64,000 nucleotides of DNA, from positions 17,484,001-17,548,000 of the forward strand of contig NC_043003.1 of NCBI RefSeq assembly GCF_006345805.1, in the 5' to 3' direction. Of the stretch, positions 42,087-56,089 are shown piece after piece. Numbering within the stretch: position 1 is the first letter of the stretch; each line of letters begins with the position of its first letter. The position numbers and the translations under genes were made by a program. The notes under the pieces are model-generated. The model had not been told where the DNA came from. It made no database searches and worked only from the letters and a program-made list of their open reading frames with translations. The DNA comes from Octopus sinensis. Lineage: Eukaryota.

Positions 42087-43701
42087 ACAGAAGTTTAACA
42101 GCACAAAACTTAACTGAATCAATATTAATACTTAAACCCATACAATGTGATTCACAAACATAATTCTGTTTCTACTTTTGATGTATCTAAACCTTTGAAT
42201 AAAAGCACAACAAACCAAAATGTACAAAGCATTTTGTTGAGACATGCTATATGCTCAAAGAATAATCTTTCTTTTATTCTTTTATTCTTTTACTTGCTTC
42301 AGTCAATTGACTGTGGCCATGCTGGAGTACTGCCTCTAGTCGAACAAATCGACCCCCAGGACTTATTCTTTGTAAGCCTAGTAATTATCCTATCGGTCTC
42401 TTTTGCCAAATCGCTAAGTTACAGGGATGTAAACACACCAACATCGATTGTCAAGCGATGGTGGGGCGACAAACACAGACACACAAATATATGTTGCAGG
42501 CCTCTTTCGGTTTCCATCTACCAAATCAACTCACAAAGCTTTGCTTGGCCTGAGGCTATAGAAGACACTAGCCCAAGTTACCAAGTAGTGGGACTGAACC
42601 CAGAACCATGAGGTTGGGAAGCAAGCTTCTTACCACACAGCCATGCCTGTATATTTATATATAGTATGCTGTCGATGAAATAAATAAAAATAGTGTACAA
42701 GTGTATATATAAACCTATTGAAACATATATTTCAGTAATAATGTCAGAGTTCTATTGAAAAATATATTATGTTGGTTTATTTACATACATACTTAAATAT
42801 ATTTATATGCATATGTCATATATATATATATATATATATAAAATTTACATATATATATAGTTGGACTAAAAATGATGGATTAAATATATATATATACATA
42901 CACACACATATATATATACATACACACATATTTGTATATATTCTTACAGTTGTATAGGTGACTGAGTTTCTTTTGATACTAACATAATTTAGTTATTTTT
43001 AAATAATTTGTCATAAATATAATTCCTTAACGAAAAAGAAGACTCACTCTTCTTCCACAAAAAATTATGAAGTAAATTTTAATTGTTTATACACAGTTCA
43101 CAGCAAGCAATTTTATTCAGAATTGTGGAATTCCACTAATTAATTTCCTAATATTGTAAAGTGCCAATTATGCTACTCAGAACCATTATCAGAAATCATT
43201 ATCAGAACCATTTTGATTCTGATAGAATGAAAACCAGAAACAGAACAAGAAATTACAGACATTTAATTCCATAATCATTCTTTTAAATGTTCATTCTCCC
43301 CAATTATATGATGGGGCTGAATTATTAAACTTATTCAAATAAATTCTGTTTTCGATAAACTGTGGACTGTATTTTGAATGACAATTTATCATTTTGATAA
43401 AAAAAATTTCTTTAGGCAAAAAAATAAAACTTCATTTTTTAAAAATAAAATTCATTTTTTTAAAAATTGTGCTTTGGGTTTCTTATTGATTTTTCTAAAT
43501 AATAATTTTTTATATGAAACACTTTGTAGTTTCTTTGTAGGAGTAGCTGTGTGGTAAGTAGCTTGCTTACAACCACATGGTTCTGGGTTCAGTCCCACTG
43601 TGTGGCACCTTGGGCAAGTGTCTCCTAAGGCCAACCAAAGCCTGGGTGAGTGGATTTGGTAGACGGAAACTGAAAGGAGCCCGTCTTGTGTGTGTATATA
43701 T

Positions 43702-43744
<43 letters not shown>

Positions 43745-43962
43745 GTGTGTGTGTGTGTGCATGTGTGTGTGTGTGTTTGTTCCCCCCAACATCGCTTGAC
43801 AATCGATGCTGGTGTGTTTGCATCCCCGTCACTTAGTGGATCAGCAAGAGAGACTGATAGAATAAGTACTAGGCTTACAAAGAATAAGTCCTGGGGTCGA
43901 TGTGCTCGACTAAAGGCAGTGCTCCAGCATGGCCACAGTCAAATGACTGAAACAAATAAAGA

Positions 43963-44017
<55 letters not shown>

Positions 44018-44427
44018 TATATATATCGTGTCTGTTTCTGTGGAATTTTGTCTTGACATTTTGTGGGTCAGGTGAATGAGAATCACCATCATACCAGCAA
44101 TTTTTTTCATTTCTGCTCTTTTATGGTCCAGCCTTGGGAAAATATTAGTTTGTTCAGAAACAGGTGATGGTAGGTGACAGGAAAGGCACCCAGCCATAGA
44201 GAATCTGTCTCAGCAAATTCTGTCTGACCCATTCAAGCATGGAAAAGTAGGTGTTGAATAATGATGATAAGGGCAGGAATGAATGGTTAAGAAGTTCACT
44301 TCCGAACCATGAGGTCTTATGATCAATCCCACTGCTTGGCATTTGCAGGTGAGGATTTCTGCTACAGCTCTGAGTCATTCAATGGTTTCTGAGTGGAATT
44401 CATAGATGAAAAATGTATGGAAACCTG

Positions 44428-44871
44428 GTGTGTGTGTGTGTGTGTGTATGTGTATGTATACATGTGCAGGCATGTGTGTGTACATGTGTGTGTGAGTGTG
44501 TGTCTATGCGTGTGTGTGTGTGTGAGCATGTGTGCATGTGTGTGAGTGTGTGTATGTTTGTGTTTGAGTGTGAGTGACTGTGCATGTGTGTGTGTGTGTG
44601 GGCATGTGTGTGAATGTTTGTGCATGTGAATGTGTGTGTGCATGTTTGTGTGTGCATGAGTATGTGTGTGTGTGTGTGTGTGTGCATTTGTGAGTGCTTG
44701 TGTTTGTACATTTGTGTGTGTTTGTGCACACGCATGTGTGTGTGCATTTGTGTATGTGTTTGTGCACGTGTGTGTGTGTGCAAGTGTGTGTCTATGTGTG
44801 TGTGGGAGTGTGAGTGACTATGTATGTGTGCATGCATGCATGTGAATGTGTGTGCGTGTGTGTGAATGTGC

Positions 44872-44905
<34 letters not shown>
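44428..44905. repeat. Degenerate (TG)n microsatellite
   Basis: Direct reading. Similar tracts at about 48510-48862, and (CA)n at 36780-36965. Confidence 0.97.
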
Positions 44906-44907
<2 letters not shown>

Positions 44908-45982
44908 CTGCATATGCAAATGCTGACACCCCATAACCTTGTTTCTCACTGTGTGAAACAATTATATAACGTTTCCATTGTTTGTTGACATTATGACAAA
45001 GTCACTCTGTGCTTTCGAAGTCCAGTAGCACAGAAAAACATTCCTTGCTTAAAAGTCAGATACATGGTTTGTGACAGGAAGGGCGTTGAACTTAGTAAAA
45101 TAACCATGTCGTTATTAAACTAGGCTCGGGCATGGTGGTGTGGTTGAGAGCCTTGCTTCCCATCCGTGTGGTCTTCGGTTCAGTCCCACTGCATAGCACT
45201 TTGGGTTAAATGTCTTCTGCTGAAGCCTCAGGACAAACAAAGCCTTGTGAGTGGATTTGGTAGGTAGGAACTGTTGTGTGTGCGTGTGTGAGAGAGAGAG
45301 AAAGAAAGTGTGTGTGTGTGTGAGTATGTATATCATCATCATCATCATCATCATCGTTTAACGTCCGTTTTCCGTGCTAGCACGGGTTGGACGGTTCGAC
45401 CGGGGTCTGGGAAGCTAGGGGTTGCACCAGGCTCCAGTCTGATCTGGCAGTCTGATCTGGATGCCCTTCCTAATGCCAACTACTCCGCGAGTGTAGTGGG
45501 TGCTTTTTACGTGCCACCTTTATATTTAGCCCTTTGTAGGCAATAAAGAAATAAGAAACTCTGCCTCAGTAAAAATTCCATCTGACCCATACAAGCATGG
45601 AAAAGTGGACATTAAATGATAATGATGATGACGACGATGAAGATGATGACAATGATGATGATGATAATGATGATGATGATGACGACAATGATGATGAAAC
45701 TGGTGTTTAGAATATAAATTGATGTGAAATTTTGATGGACAGTTTTAATTTAGATTACATCTCTTAAAACAGTGAAGTTTCTATCATAGAGCCAAGGGTG
45801 GGTTGGAAGCAAGCTGGTATCAAAAGGGTTAAAGATGTAATTTTACATCGTTAACCTGTTAAAGATGTTCAAAACGTAAAAGATGTAAAAAAACAGGTAA
45901 TTACAAATTACCTGTTAAAGATGTAACAGGTAATTTATTTTTGATCAACCACTAGAAAAATTAACTGAAGTATTTAACTTAC

Positions 45983-46072
45983 TTTTATTCGTATTGTTCC
46001 TCTTGGACACGTAACAAATTCATTTGGATTGAGTCTTTGTTTACACTGTTGAGTAACTTGAATTCTCCCTTG
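45983..46072 (-). CDS. sGC-like subunit, cyclase exon 4
   Basis: Translation QGRIQVTQQCKQRLNPNEFVTCPRGTIRIK aligns to PGRIHIS..T...L......RG.I.VK. Acceptor ttattcttacAG, donor GTAAGT, 90 nt, phase 0/0. Confidence 0.88.
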
Positions 46073-47592
46073 CTGTAAGAATAAGCAAATGTATTGATTA
46101 GAAATTTAATATTAAATTTTATAGTTTTTATGGTTTTATGAAATAGAGCATATGGCAAAGATTACAATGTGGATCATCATCATAATCATCATCATCATCA
46201 TTATTTGATGTCTGTTGTCCTTCCAGTGTGCCAGCCCAGTCAAACTGTCCAACCCATGCCAGTATCATGGATTGGACAATTTGACCAGGGCTGGTATGCT
46301 GGAAGGCTGCACCAGACTCCAGTCTGATTTGGCATGGTTTTCTATGGCTGGATGCCCTTCCTAACACCAACAACTCTGAGAGTGTAATGGGTGCTTTTAC
46401 ATGCCACCGGCACAGGTGCCATTTAAGTGACACAAGGGTGCGTTTACATGCCAATTTGTGTGACACCAGTTTCTATCACAAGTGCAATTTTACTCAGTTT
46501 GATGAGTCTTCTCAAGTACATAATGTCAAAGGTCTTGGTCATTGCCTCCATGAGGCCCAACACTCAAAAGAAACTCAGCCACTTTGGCTCCGTCAGGCCC
46601 AATGCTCAAGAGAAACTCAGCCAATTTGCCTCCATGAGACCTAACACTTGAAAGGAACTCAGCCACTTTGATTCCGTGTGGCCCAACGTTCAAAAGTTGA
46701 TTCTTTACGTGCCACTAGCACAGGTGCACTTGGCTTGATGGGTCCTCTCAAGCACAGCACATTACCAAAGGTTTTGGTCACTAGTCATTGCCTCCGTGAG
46801 GCTCAAAGTTCAAAGATCATGTTTCACCACCTTGTCCCATATCTTCCAGGGTCTACCTCTACCACAGGTTCCTTCCACAGTTAGAGAGATGTAATTTTTG
46901 ACAATGTAAAAGATGTAAAAGTAGCTCTAATAACAAATGTGTAAATTAATTTATGATAATTTATGATTTTGTTAATGATACTTTTACATACTCAAGAAAA
47001 GATGAATATTGCTTAAAGTAATTAGTTAATTGTACTGGATATTTAAACTGGCTGACAAAGGGCCTCTGAACAACACAAGTATACAGCTACAGGCAAAGAC
47101 ATGCCTACACAGTAAGAATTTTGCTTCCAAGCTACATGGTTCTGGACAGCCTCAAGCTGGTTGCTATCAAAAGGGTTAATTACAGAAGGTTGTTCAACAA
47201 CCCACATGCAAATCCTTTATATATATATATATATATGTTGTTATGTCCTGTTATTATTTTTTATTGTATTTATATTCGTGTAACTTTGTCCGTTTTTTCC
47301 GTCCTTGTTTTTGTATACATTCGCTCTTTGCTTAGTTTTTCCTTGGGGCTGGCCAGATTGGAGCAATCTCAAGAATAATCAGCCAGATTATAATCTGGTG
47401 CTTGACTGAAGAAAGAAAACGTCGAATGACCCGTCCTTGTTTTCTTTGTATCGTCTATCTGGATGTTTTGTTGTCCCTTTTTGTATCAGCTAGTTGTCCA
47501 GATGTTTTGCGTTCTTGTCCCATTTTGCATTTTATATATATATATATATATATATGTATAGTGGCATACGTACACTTTGGTCTCTTATATGT

Positions 47593-47637
<45 letters not shown>

Positions 47638-48249
47638 ATTCTTTTTTTTCTTCTTGTGTAATTTCTATGTTATGACGCTGGCTTTGCAGAAGCTATGTGT
47701 TATATTTTACATGAAAAGAATGACTTTGAAAAATTGAATAGTTTCAGAAAAAAAAACTACATCAATCAATAGATCTTTTACCTGTATTAAAACCTAACAT
47801 GAGTGATTTGTATGAGTATTATTCACTGCCTGAAGCTAAATAAAGGTTTAGTGGGAAAGAAATTCTCTTCCCAATCATGTGGTCTCACATTCAATCTCAC
47901 TGCATGGCATGCTGGGTAAGTGTCGTTTACCATTACCTTGGATCAACCTAGCCATTGTGAATGAAACTATGTAGATGGAAATTGCGAAGAAGCCTGTCTG
48001 ATGGATTGTATCTCTAATTCAAGGGTCCATCCTTGTTATATATTGTGTCACACTGACTCTACATTAAATGTATCATGTGTCTCGGGAATTCACAGCCCGG
48101 TAAACATTAATTCAATGAACAGCTAATTCATTTCAATGAAAAACTGAAAAATCATCATTGAAACAAATGTAGAATCATTTAGTTTATTACTATTTGTTGC
48201 ACCCCACCATGTCATATCCTTGCTAAAATGTTGCATAGTTCATACTCAC

Positions 48250-48359
48250 GAGGCTATTGTGGTCCATTCTTGAAGCAGTATTTACAACATCCCCAAATAA
48301 ACAATATTGGTAATTCTTTAAACCTACAACTCCAGCAACAACACTTCCAAAGTCCATGC
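48250..48359 (-). CDS. sGC-like subunit, cyclase exon 3 (class III cyclase signature)
   Basis: Translation (G)[36 protein letters not shown] is the guanylyl cyclase signature G.VVAGVVG..MPRYCLFGDTVNTASRM. Acceptor ctctctgttcAG, donor GTGAGT. Confidence 0.96.
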
Positions 48360-49130
48360 CTGAACAGAGAGAGAGAGAGAAAAAAGCAAAGGAAACATGG
48401 TTTAATGAAATAAATGTGCTCAGGTAAGAAAGCAATTAAGAATCAATTTATTTGTACTTATAACTCCAACAACAGGTGTTAAGTTCTACTTCTTTTCATT
48501 TGATCACCTGTGTATGCATATGTGTGTGTGTGTATGTATGTGTGTGTGAGTGAGTGTGTGAGTGTGTGTGTGTCTCTATATGTGTGTGCGAGTGAGTGTG
48601 TTTGTTTGTGTGTGTGAGTGTGTGTGTGTATGTATGTGTGTGCGAGTGAATGTGTTTGTGTGTGTGTGTGTATATATGTGTGTATGCATATGTGTGTTTG
48701 TGAGTGAGTGTGTTTGTGTATCTGTGTGTCAGTGTGTTTGTGTATGTATGTATATGTGTGTGTGTGAGAGTGTGTTTGTGTGGGTGCGTTTGTGTGTATG
48801 AGTGTGTGTGTGTGAGTGTGTGTATGTAGGTGTATGTGAGTGTGTGTGTGTGTGTGTGTGTATGAAGGGTTGCTGAAAAGTTCCTGGCTTTAAGGTTATC
48901 ACAAAAGGCCAGGTTGGAGGCCCAACCTTCTGAATTCTCTTACAGGGCTTAGAAAAACTGAAGGACTGCTGCAATAAATGTGTGATTCTGAGAGGGAAAT
49001 ATTCAGAATAAAATCATAATTAACTGATCCTCCTGTATTTTCTTTCACCCAAAGCCAGGAACTTTTCAGCAGCCCCTTATATATCCCAGTAACAGATATA
49101 GACACTGATTGCTTTAAAATGCCAACTAAC

Positions 49131-49290
49131 CAATTTCAAAAGTGAGGTTCTCATCAAATCCTTTGTCAGTGCTGGTATTGTTGCTATTCACAAGAGCAAG
49201 GGCACATCTAGCAACATCACTTGTATTATCAGAATTACCATCAAGGCCTCCTGCTATCAGACACAATCCATCATTCTCTTTGGTTTCCAC
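49131..49290 (-). CDS. sGC-like subunit, cyclase exon 2
   Basis: Translation VETKENDGLCLIAGGLDGNSDNTSDVARCALALVNSNNTSTDKGFDENLTFEI(G) aligns to VETIGDAYMVVSG...ALDM...L.IRVG. Donor GTTAGT, phase 0 to 1. Confidence 0.88.
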
Positions 49291-49591
49291 CTTTGAAATG
49301 CCACAGAAAAGAGAATATGTCATTCTAAAGAATTCACTTCATGCATTTATCTTAACACTCAAGAAAATGACTGATTACATGTCAGCTTACGTTAATCAAA
49401 CATGCATACTTACATACATAAGAATGTCTGTACATACATTCATACATATATATACATATATACATACATACATACATACATACATACAAATACATCTATA
49501 TATCCCTACATACATATGCATACACATACACACACGTTACATATATGTGTGTGTGTGTGAATGTATGTATGCATGTATGTATGTATGTATT

Positions 49592-49633
<42 letters not shown>

Positions 49634-49701
49634 ATGCTAGCATGGAAGGTGGATGTTAAATGATGATGATGATGATGTAATATACATACATACATACATA
49701 C

Positions 49702-49734
<33 letters not shown>

Positions 49735-51154
49735 TGTATGTATGTATGTATGTATGTATGTATGTATGTATGTATGTATGTATGTATGTATGTATGTATG
49801 TATGTATGTATATACATATACACATATATATAAATTCATACATAAACACATATTCTATATAATACTATGTAATGTATAACTTTTACCATGAATTAACCAT
49901 GAAAAATATCAAAAAAAATAACACATTAGAGTGCATTCAAATTTTGGCACAAGGCCTGCAATTTCAAGGGAGGGGCAAGTTGATTACATTGACCCCAGTG
50001 TTTGACTGGTATTTATTTTATAGACCCCCAAATGCATGAAAGGCAAAGTTGACCTCACCAGAATTTGAACTCAGAACATGAAGAGGGATGAAATTCTGAT
50101 ATGCATTTTATCTTAGTTGCCAACATGTCTGTCAACTTGCCACCTTAGTAACACCATAGATAAATACATGTGTATGTGTGTGTGTGTGAGTGTGTGTCCA
50201 TTTATGTGTGTCTGTATGTCTCTATTTACTTATACTTGGCATAATCATCTATGTGTCGGACTGAATTTAAACCTCCTATTCATAATTGTATTATTCTGAC
50301 ACATTGACAGCTACAACTGGGTTTATATACTGTATATACAGATGGGGTGGGTCAAAGGTCACAGACAAAATAAGTTCCATACACTCTGGAATTCCTCAAA
50401 GACATGCTTCAGTTTTTCTAAAGTTACACACAAACATATACCCAGGCCTATACGCCATTCTTTTTAGGAGGGGGTAGCCACAAGACACACCAGGCATTCC
50501 ATTCATTTCCCACCTCAAAGAGGCGATCCCCTTCCTATGCTCGGGTCAAGGCATAGAATGCAACCTTCAATATCATCAGCAGGGCCCGACAACATATGCT
50601 GGTTTACCCCACCCCCCACCCCGCCACATCATGCTAGTTCTGAACCCCCTTCCTTCCTTCTCGAGCCATGCTTGGCTCATAAGGGCCGGTTTCCCCGTTT
50701 CCTTGGCGTATAGGTTTCCCACCTGGACGGGACGAAGGTCTGTCGCAGGTGAGCTGCAAGATGCAGGAGGAAAGAGTGAGAGAAAGTTGTGGCGAAAGAG
50801 TCATCAGAAGTTCGCCATTACCTTCAGCTGGAGCCTCGTGGAGCTTAGGTGTTTCACTCATAAACACACACATGGCCCGTCTGAGATTCAAACCCGCGAT
50901 CCCTCGACCACAAGTCTGCTACTCTAACCACTAGGCCATGTGCCTCCACCAGTCACTCTGTATAGTAGCCAATAAATCAATTACAGTGGTGCCCCAGCAT
51001 GACCACAGCTTTGCTATTATCTTCTGCTAGAGCCGCGTGGTGCTTAGGTATTTCACTCATAAATGCACACATCACCCAGCTTGAGATTCGAACCTGTGAT
51101 CTCTCGACTGCGGGTCCACTGCTCTAACCACTAGGCCAAGTGCCTCCACTCCGA

Positions 51155-51415
51155 ACCCCCTTGAGCAACATTAAATCCACTCATCCATCCTCAAACACTC
51201 TCCAAACTTTCCTATCATTTGTAAACTCTCTTGCCTCTCTCACTCCAACACTGCTAACCACCAAAGCTTTTCCCACACCATCCATTCACACAAATCAAGG
51301 TCTGCCTCTGGTTCTGCTGCCTACCACTTCTGCCTCCATCACCCTTCTTACCATCCTCTCCTCTTCCATCCTCTCCACGTGGCCAAACCACCTCAACATT
51401 CATCTATTCATTTTC
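51155..51415 (-). mobile_element. RTE LINE 3' fragment
   Basis: Translation MLRWFGHVERMEEERMVRRVMEAEVVGSRTRGRP. Confidence 0.75.
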
Positions 51416-51977
51416 TAAAATAAATAAAATAATCCTTTCTACCTGAAAGTTTGATGGGGAGGGGACAGTCGATTACATTGCCCCCAGTACGGAACTAGTA
51501 CTCAATTTATTGACCTCAAAAGGATGAGAGGCAAAGTCGACCACAGTGAAATTTGAACAGAGAACATAACATAACAGACCATATATATATTCTTTTACTT
51601 GTTTCAGTCATTTGACTGCGGCCATGCTGGAGCACCGCCTTTAGTTGAGAAAATCGCACCAGGACTTACTCTTTGTAAGCCTAGTACTTATTCCATCGGT
51701 TTCTTTTGCCGAACTGCTAAGTTACGGTGACGTAAGCACACCAGCATCAGTTGTCAAGCAATGTTGGGGAGACAAACACACACACACACACACACACATA
51801 TATATTCATACATATGATGGGCTTCTTTCAGTTTCCATCTACCAAATCCACTCACAAAGCTTTGGTCAGCCCAAGGCTATAGTAGAAGGCACTTGCTCAA
51901 GGTGCCACGCAGTGGGACTGAACCCAGAATCATGTGGTTGGTAAGCAAACTACTTACTACACAGCCACTCCTGTACC

Positions 51978-52013
<36 letters not shown>

Positions 52014-52457
52014 ATACAGACGTTATTCTAACATTGAACAACTTTTATCTTTTATCCTTTATTTGTTTCAGTCATTAGACTGTGGCCATGCTGGGGCACT
52101 GTACTGAAAATTTTATAGCTGAATGAATCAACCACAGTGCCTTTTTTTAAAAAAAAACCTAGTAATAATTTTGTAAGTGTCCTTTGCTGAATTGCTAAGT
52201 TACAGAGGTGTAAATACACCAATACCAATTGTCAAACAGTGGTGGGAACAAACACAAGCACAAAGATGCATGCACATACATATAACGGGCTTCTTTCAGT
52301 TTTCAGCTACAAAATCCACTCATGAGGCTTTGGTCAACTTGAAGCTATAGTAGAAGACATTTGCCTAAGGTGTCATGGAGTGGGACCAAATCTGCAACCA
52401 TGTGGCTGAGAAGCAAAATTCTTACCACACAGCCATAAATACACACACACACACACA

Positions 52458-52496
<39 letters not shown>

Positions 52497-52991
52497 TTAT
52501 TGTAATGATAGAAGAACACAAGAAATAGGGCGGCGAGCTAGCAGAAACATTAGCACGCCGACCGAAATGCATAGCCGTATTTTGTCTGCTGCAACGTTCT
52601 GAGTTCAAATTCTGCTGAGGTCAACTTTGCTTTTCCTCCTTTCAGGGTCGATTAAATAAGTATCAGTTATGCACTGGGGTCAATGTAATCGACTTAAACC
52701 GTTTGTCTGTCCTTGTTTGTCCCTACTGCGTTTAACCCCTTGTGGGTAGTAAAGAAATAGGTATTTCATCTGCCATTATGTTCTGATTGCAGATTCCGCC
52801 GAGGTGAACTTTGCCTTTTATCCTTTCAGGGTCGATTAAATAAGTACAAGTTATGTATTGGGGGTCGATGTAATCGACTTAATCCCTTTGTCTGTCCTTG
52901 TTTGTCCCCTCTATGTTTAGCCCCCTGTTGGCAATAAAGAAATAATAAAAAAAAAATACAAGAACACAATCTGATAAGAAATATCTCTTAC

Positions 52992-53147
52992 CTTGAAAAC
53001 ATTAAATCTACTGATGATTTCATCAATCCATTCAAAGATTCCGCATATAATTTTCACAAAGTCTTTTACATTTTTAGCTTTATTGATATCCACAAACCTG
53101 CTGTATTGTGTAATGGAGCAAAACATCAATGTCACATTTTCTATTGT
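52992..53147 (-). CDS. sGC-like subunit, cyclase exon 1
   Basis: Translation TIENVTLMFCSITQYSRFVDINKAKNVKDFVKIICGIFEWIDEIISRFNVFK aligns to VTILFSDIVGFT...VYK. Acceptor ttttactgcAG, donor GTAAGA, 156 nt. Confidence 0.9.
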
Positions 53148-53426
53148 CTGCAGTAAAAGATTGATAACACTTTAAACATTTCAATGTGTTTTAGAAAAGA
53201 AACAAGGTTAACAAATTCATATGATATGACGACATGATTAAATAACATGTTTCACAGTGAAACGTTGTTTTAAGGAGACAAGGTTTGTGAGCTATGTAGT
53301 TACAAATATTTCTTCAACTCTATTTCAAATATGATATTTTGTAATATATTACTTTAGATCTATGGATATAGGCCTAAAATAAACCAAGTGTGTGCAACAC
53401 TCTAGCCACTTGCCTTCACTATACAT

Positions 53427-53485
<59 letters not shown>

Positions 53486-53934
53486 CATACATACATTATC
53501 ACCATTGTCATTTAACATTCGCTTTCCATGCTGGCATGGGTTGGACGGTTTGACTGAGGACTGGTGAGCCAGAAGGCTGCACCAGGCTCCAATCTGATCT
53601 GACAAGGTTTCTACAGCTAGATGCCCTTTCTAACACCAACCACTCCGAGAGTATAGTGGCCAAAAGGAGTAAAAGGTATAATAAGATAGACACAAGACCT
53701 GACATTTTGGAGATGTGATTGTTATCATCAAATCCACTGCTTAGTTGATGCTTTATTTTATCAACCCCAAAAGGATGAAAGGCAAAGCCAACCTCTGAAT
53801 ATAAAAAGCCACGACAAACACCATAAAGCATTTTATTTGATGCTCTAATGATTCTGCTATTCACCGACCACCACTCCATCACCACCATCCACCCATGCCT
53901 GCTTTCATTGATAATCCAACACGTTTTTACTCAC

Positions 53935-54081
53935 CTGCCATGTTTGCTCTATTGGACATCCTGCTTCAAGCTTCATGCAAATATTCTTTGGAAGAACAGA
54001 ATATAGTAAATCCTTACTGGCTTGTTGGTACTCTTTGGCTTTTTTCTTCACGATGCTTGTTTTCTTTATGTTTCGAATGGT
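53935..54081 (-). CDS. sGC-like subunit, coiled-coil/signalling-helix exon
   Basis: Translation TIRNIKKTSIVKKKAKEYQQASKDLLYSVLPKNICMKLEAGCPIEQTWQ contains the LLYSVLP motif that precedes cyclase domains. Acceptor ttttttcAG, donor GTGAGT, 147 nt, phase 0/0. Confidence 0.9.
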
Positions 54082-54103
54082 CTGAAAAAATTGAAATAGT
54101 ATA

Positions 54104-55088
54104 TTAACCCTTTCGTTACCAACCCGGCTGAAACCGGCTCTGGCTCTCAGTACAAATGTCTTGTTTTCATAAGTTTTGAATTAAAATCTTCCACCAAACC
54201 TTAGTCACAATTTATGTTCTTAACACTAGTTGAATGATAACTAAGTTATTTTACTAAATTCTTTGTTATATTTAAAATTAATTGAAAGAAACACAGAGCA
54301 TCTCAACAGAAATATGGTAACAAAAGGGTTAAAATATATAACAGAGAAACAATTCTTAAGCCTTTTGATACCAACCCAGCTGAAACCACCTCTGGCTCTG
54401 TAGTACATATGTCTTGTTTACATAAGTTCTGAATTAAGATCTTCCACCAAACCTTAGTCACTATTTATGTTCTTAACACTAGCTGAATGATAACTAAGTT
54501 ATTTTACTAAATTCTTTGTTATATTTAAAATTAATTGAAAGAAACACAGAGCATCTCAACAGAAATATGGTAACAAAATGGTTAGAATATATAACAGAGA
54601 AACAATTCTTAAGCTTTTCGTTACCAACCCATCTGAAACCGATCCTGGCTCTGAGTATAATCGTCTTGTTTTCATATGTTTTGAATTAAAATCTTCCACC
54701 AAACCTTAGTCACTATTTATGTTCTTAACACTAGCTGAATGATAACTAAGTTATTTGACTAGATTCTTTGTTATATTTAAAATTAATTGAAAGAAACACA
54801 GAGCATCTCAACAGAAATATGGTAACAAAAGGGTTAAAATATATAATAGAGAAACAATTCTTAAGCCTTTCGTTACCAACCTGACTGTAACTGCCTCTGG
54901 CTCTGTGTACAAATGTCTTGTTTTCATAAATTTTGCATTAAAATCTTCCACCAAACCTTAGTCACAATTTATGTTCCTAACACTAGCTGAATGATAACTA
55001 AGTTATTTTACTAAATTCTTTGTTATATTTAAAGTAATTGAAAGAAATACAGAGCATCTCAACAGAAATATGGTAACAAAAGGGTTAA
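54104..55088. mobile_element. Four tandem copies (period 252-253 bp) of a TTAA-flanked piggyBac-type MITE
   Basis: Each unit reads TTAA-(C/G)C(C/T)TTTCGTTACC...GGTAACAAAAGGG-TTAA. Units start at 54104, 54356, 54609 and 54861 and are separated by the same spacer of about 23 bp (AATATATAACAGAGAAACAATTC). Confidence 0.88.
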
Positions 55089-56089
55089 GTGATGCTTATG
55101 CTCATAACATATTCAATCATAGGGCCTCCCTGATAAACTTAGTATTTTTTGCTCATAGGAAAATTCGATCCAAGCTAAACAAACTCAAACTCTGCTCTGG
55201 TAACTCTTCAGTTAACCATGGTTAGGTACCACAAAAGTTAAACAGAGTTTTTGCACTACTTAACCATGGCAACTATTTACAGTTAGTTAGAGTGATTCAA
55301 TGAAATCTATGTACCTTGATCATAATCATAGCAAAATATCCATGATTTTATATGACCTAGTGGCTCTTCATTTTATAGGGTAACACTCCATTAATTCAAT
55401 GCTCAATCAATTCAGTTTTTAACCCTATAGCATTTAGACTAGCTACATCCAGCCTAAATATTCTAACTGTTTTATGTTCAAACCAGCCAGATCCAACATC
55501 TCACACCTACCCTACAATGCCATTCTAAAAATAAACAATCATATTCTTGAAATTGCAGAGATAATGCATGATTAATTCAAAACGATGTTCATAAATAAGC
55601 ATTACATTTGAAAGAGTAATTTGAATGCTAAAGAGTTGGGTGGTGTGTTTGTGGAAGGCTAGCAGTCGCCTATGCATACCAGCCTCCCCTCTCCATACCA
55701 CTGATGTTATCCAAGAGAAAGGCAAAGGCCTATACAGTTTGGTACCAGTGATGTCACAACTCAGTTCAACAGCTGAGTTAATTGGAGCAACGTGAAATAA
55801 AGTGTATTGCTCAAGAACACAACACACAGCTTGGTCATAAGTGTGTTGCACTTATGAGTCCAAGCTCATAGTTTCAATTCTTGGACTGGGCAGTGTGTTG
55901 TGTTCTTGAGCAAAACACTTCATTTGATATTGCTCCAATCTGCTCAGCTGTAAATGAGTAACTCTAAAATGGACAGGTGTTCCATTCCTGGGAGAATGCT
56001 GTGATGCCATTCGTTTACAAGCTGTAGTAACTGGGTGAAGGATTCTATGAATCCTAGAACATGAGACAGTATTTAATATACATAATGGC

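Noticed and set aside
42140-42250. Minus-strand 'MLCTFWFV' as candidate last sGC exon
   Set aside because: The nearest acceptor gives the wrong phase and there is no GKG motif.
54104-55088. Repeat-spacer array superficially like CRISPR
   Set aside because: The repeats are ~220-bp TIR elements and the spacers are identical. Eukaryotic context with no cas genes.
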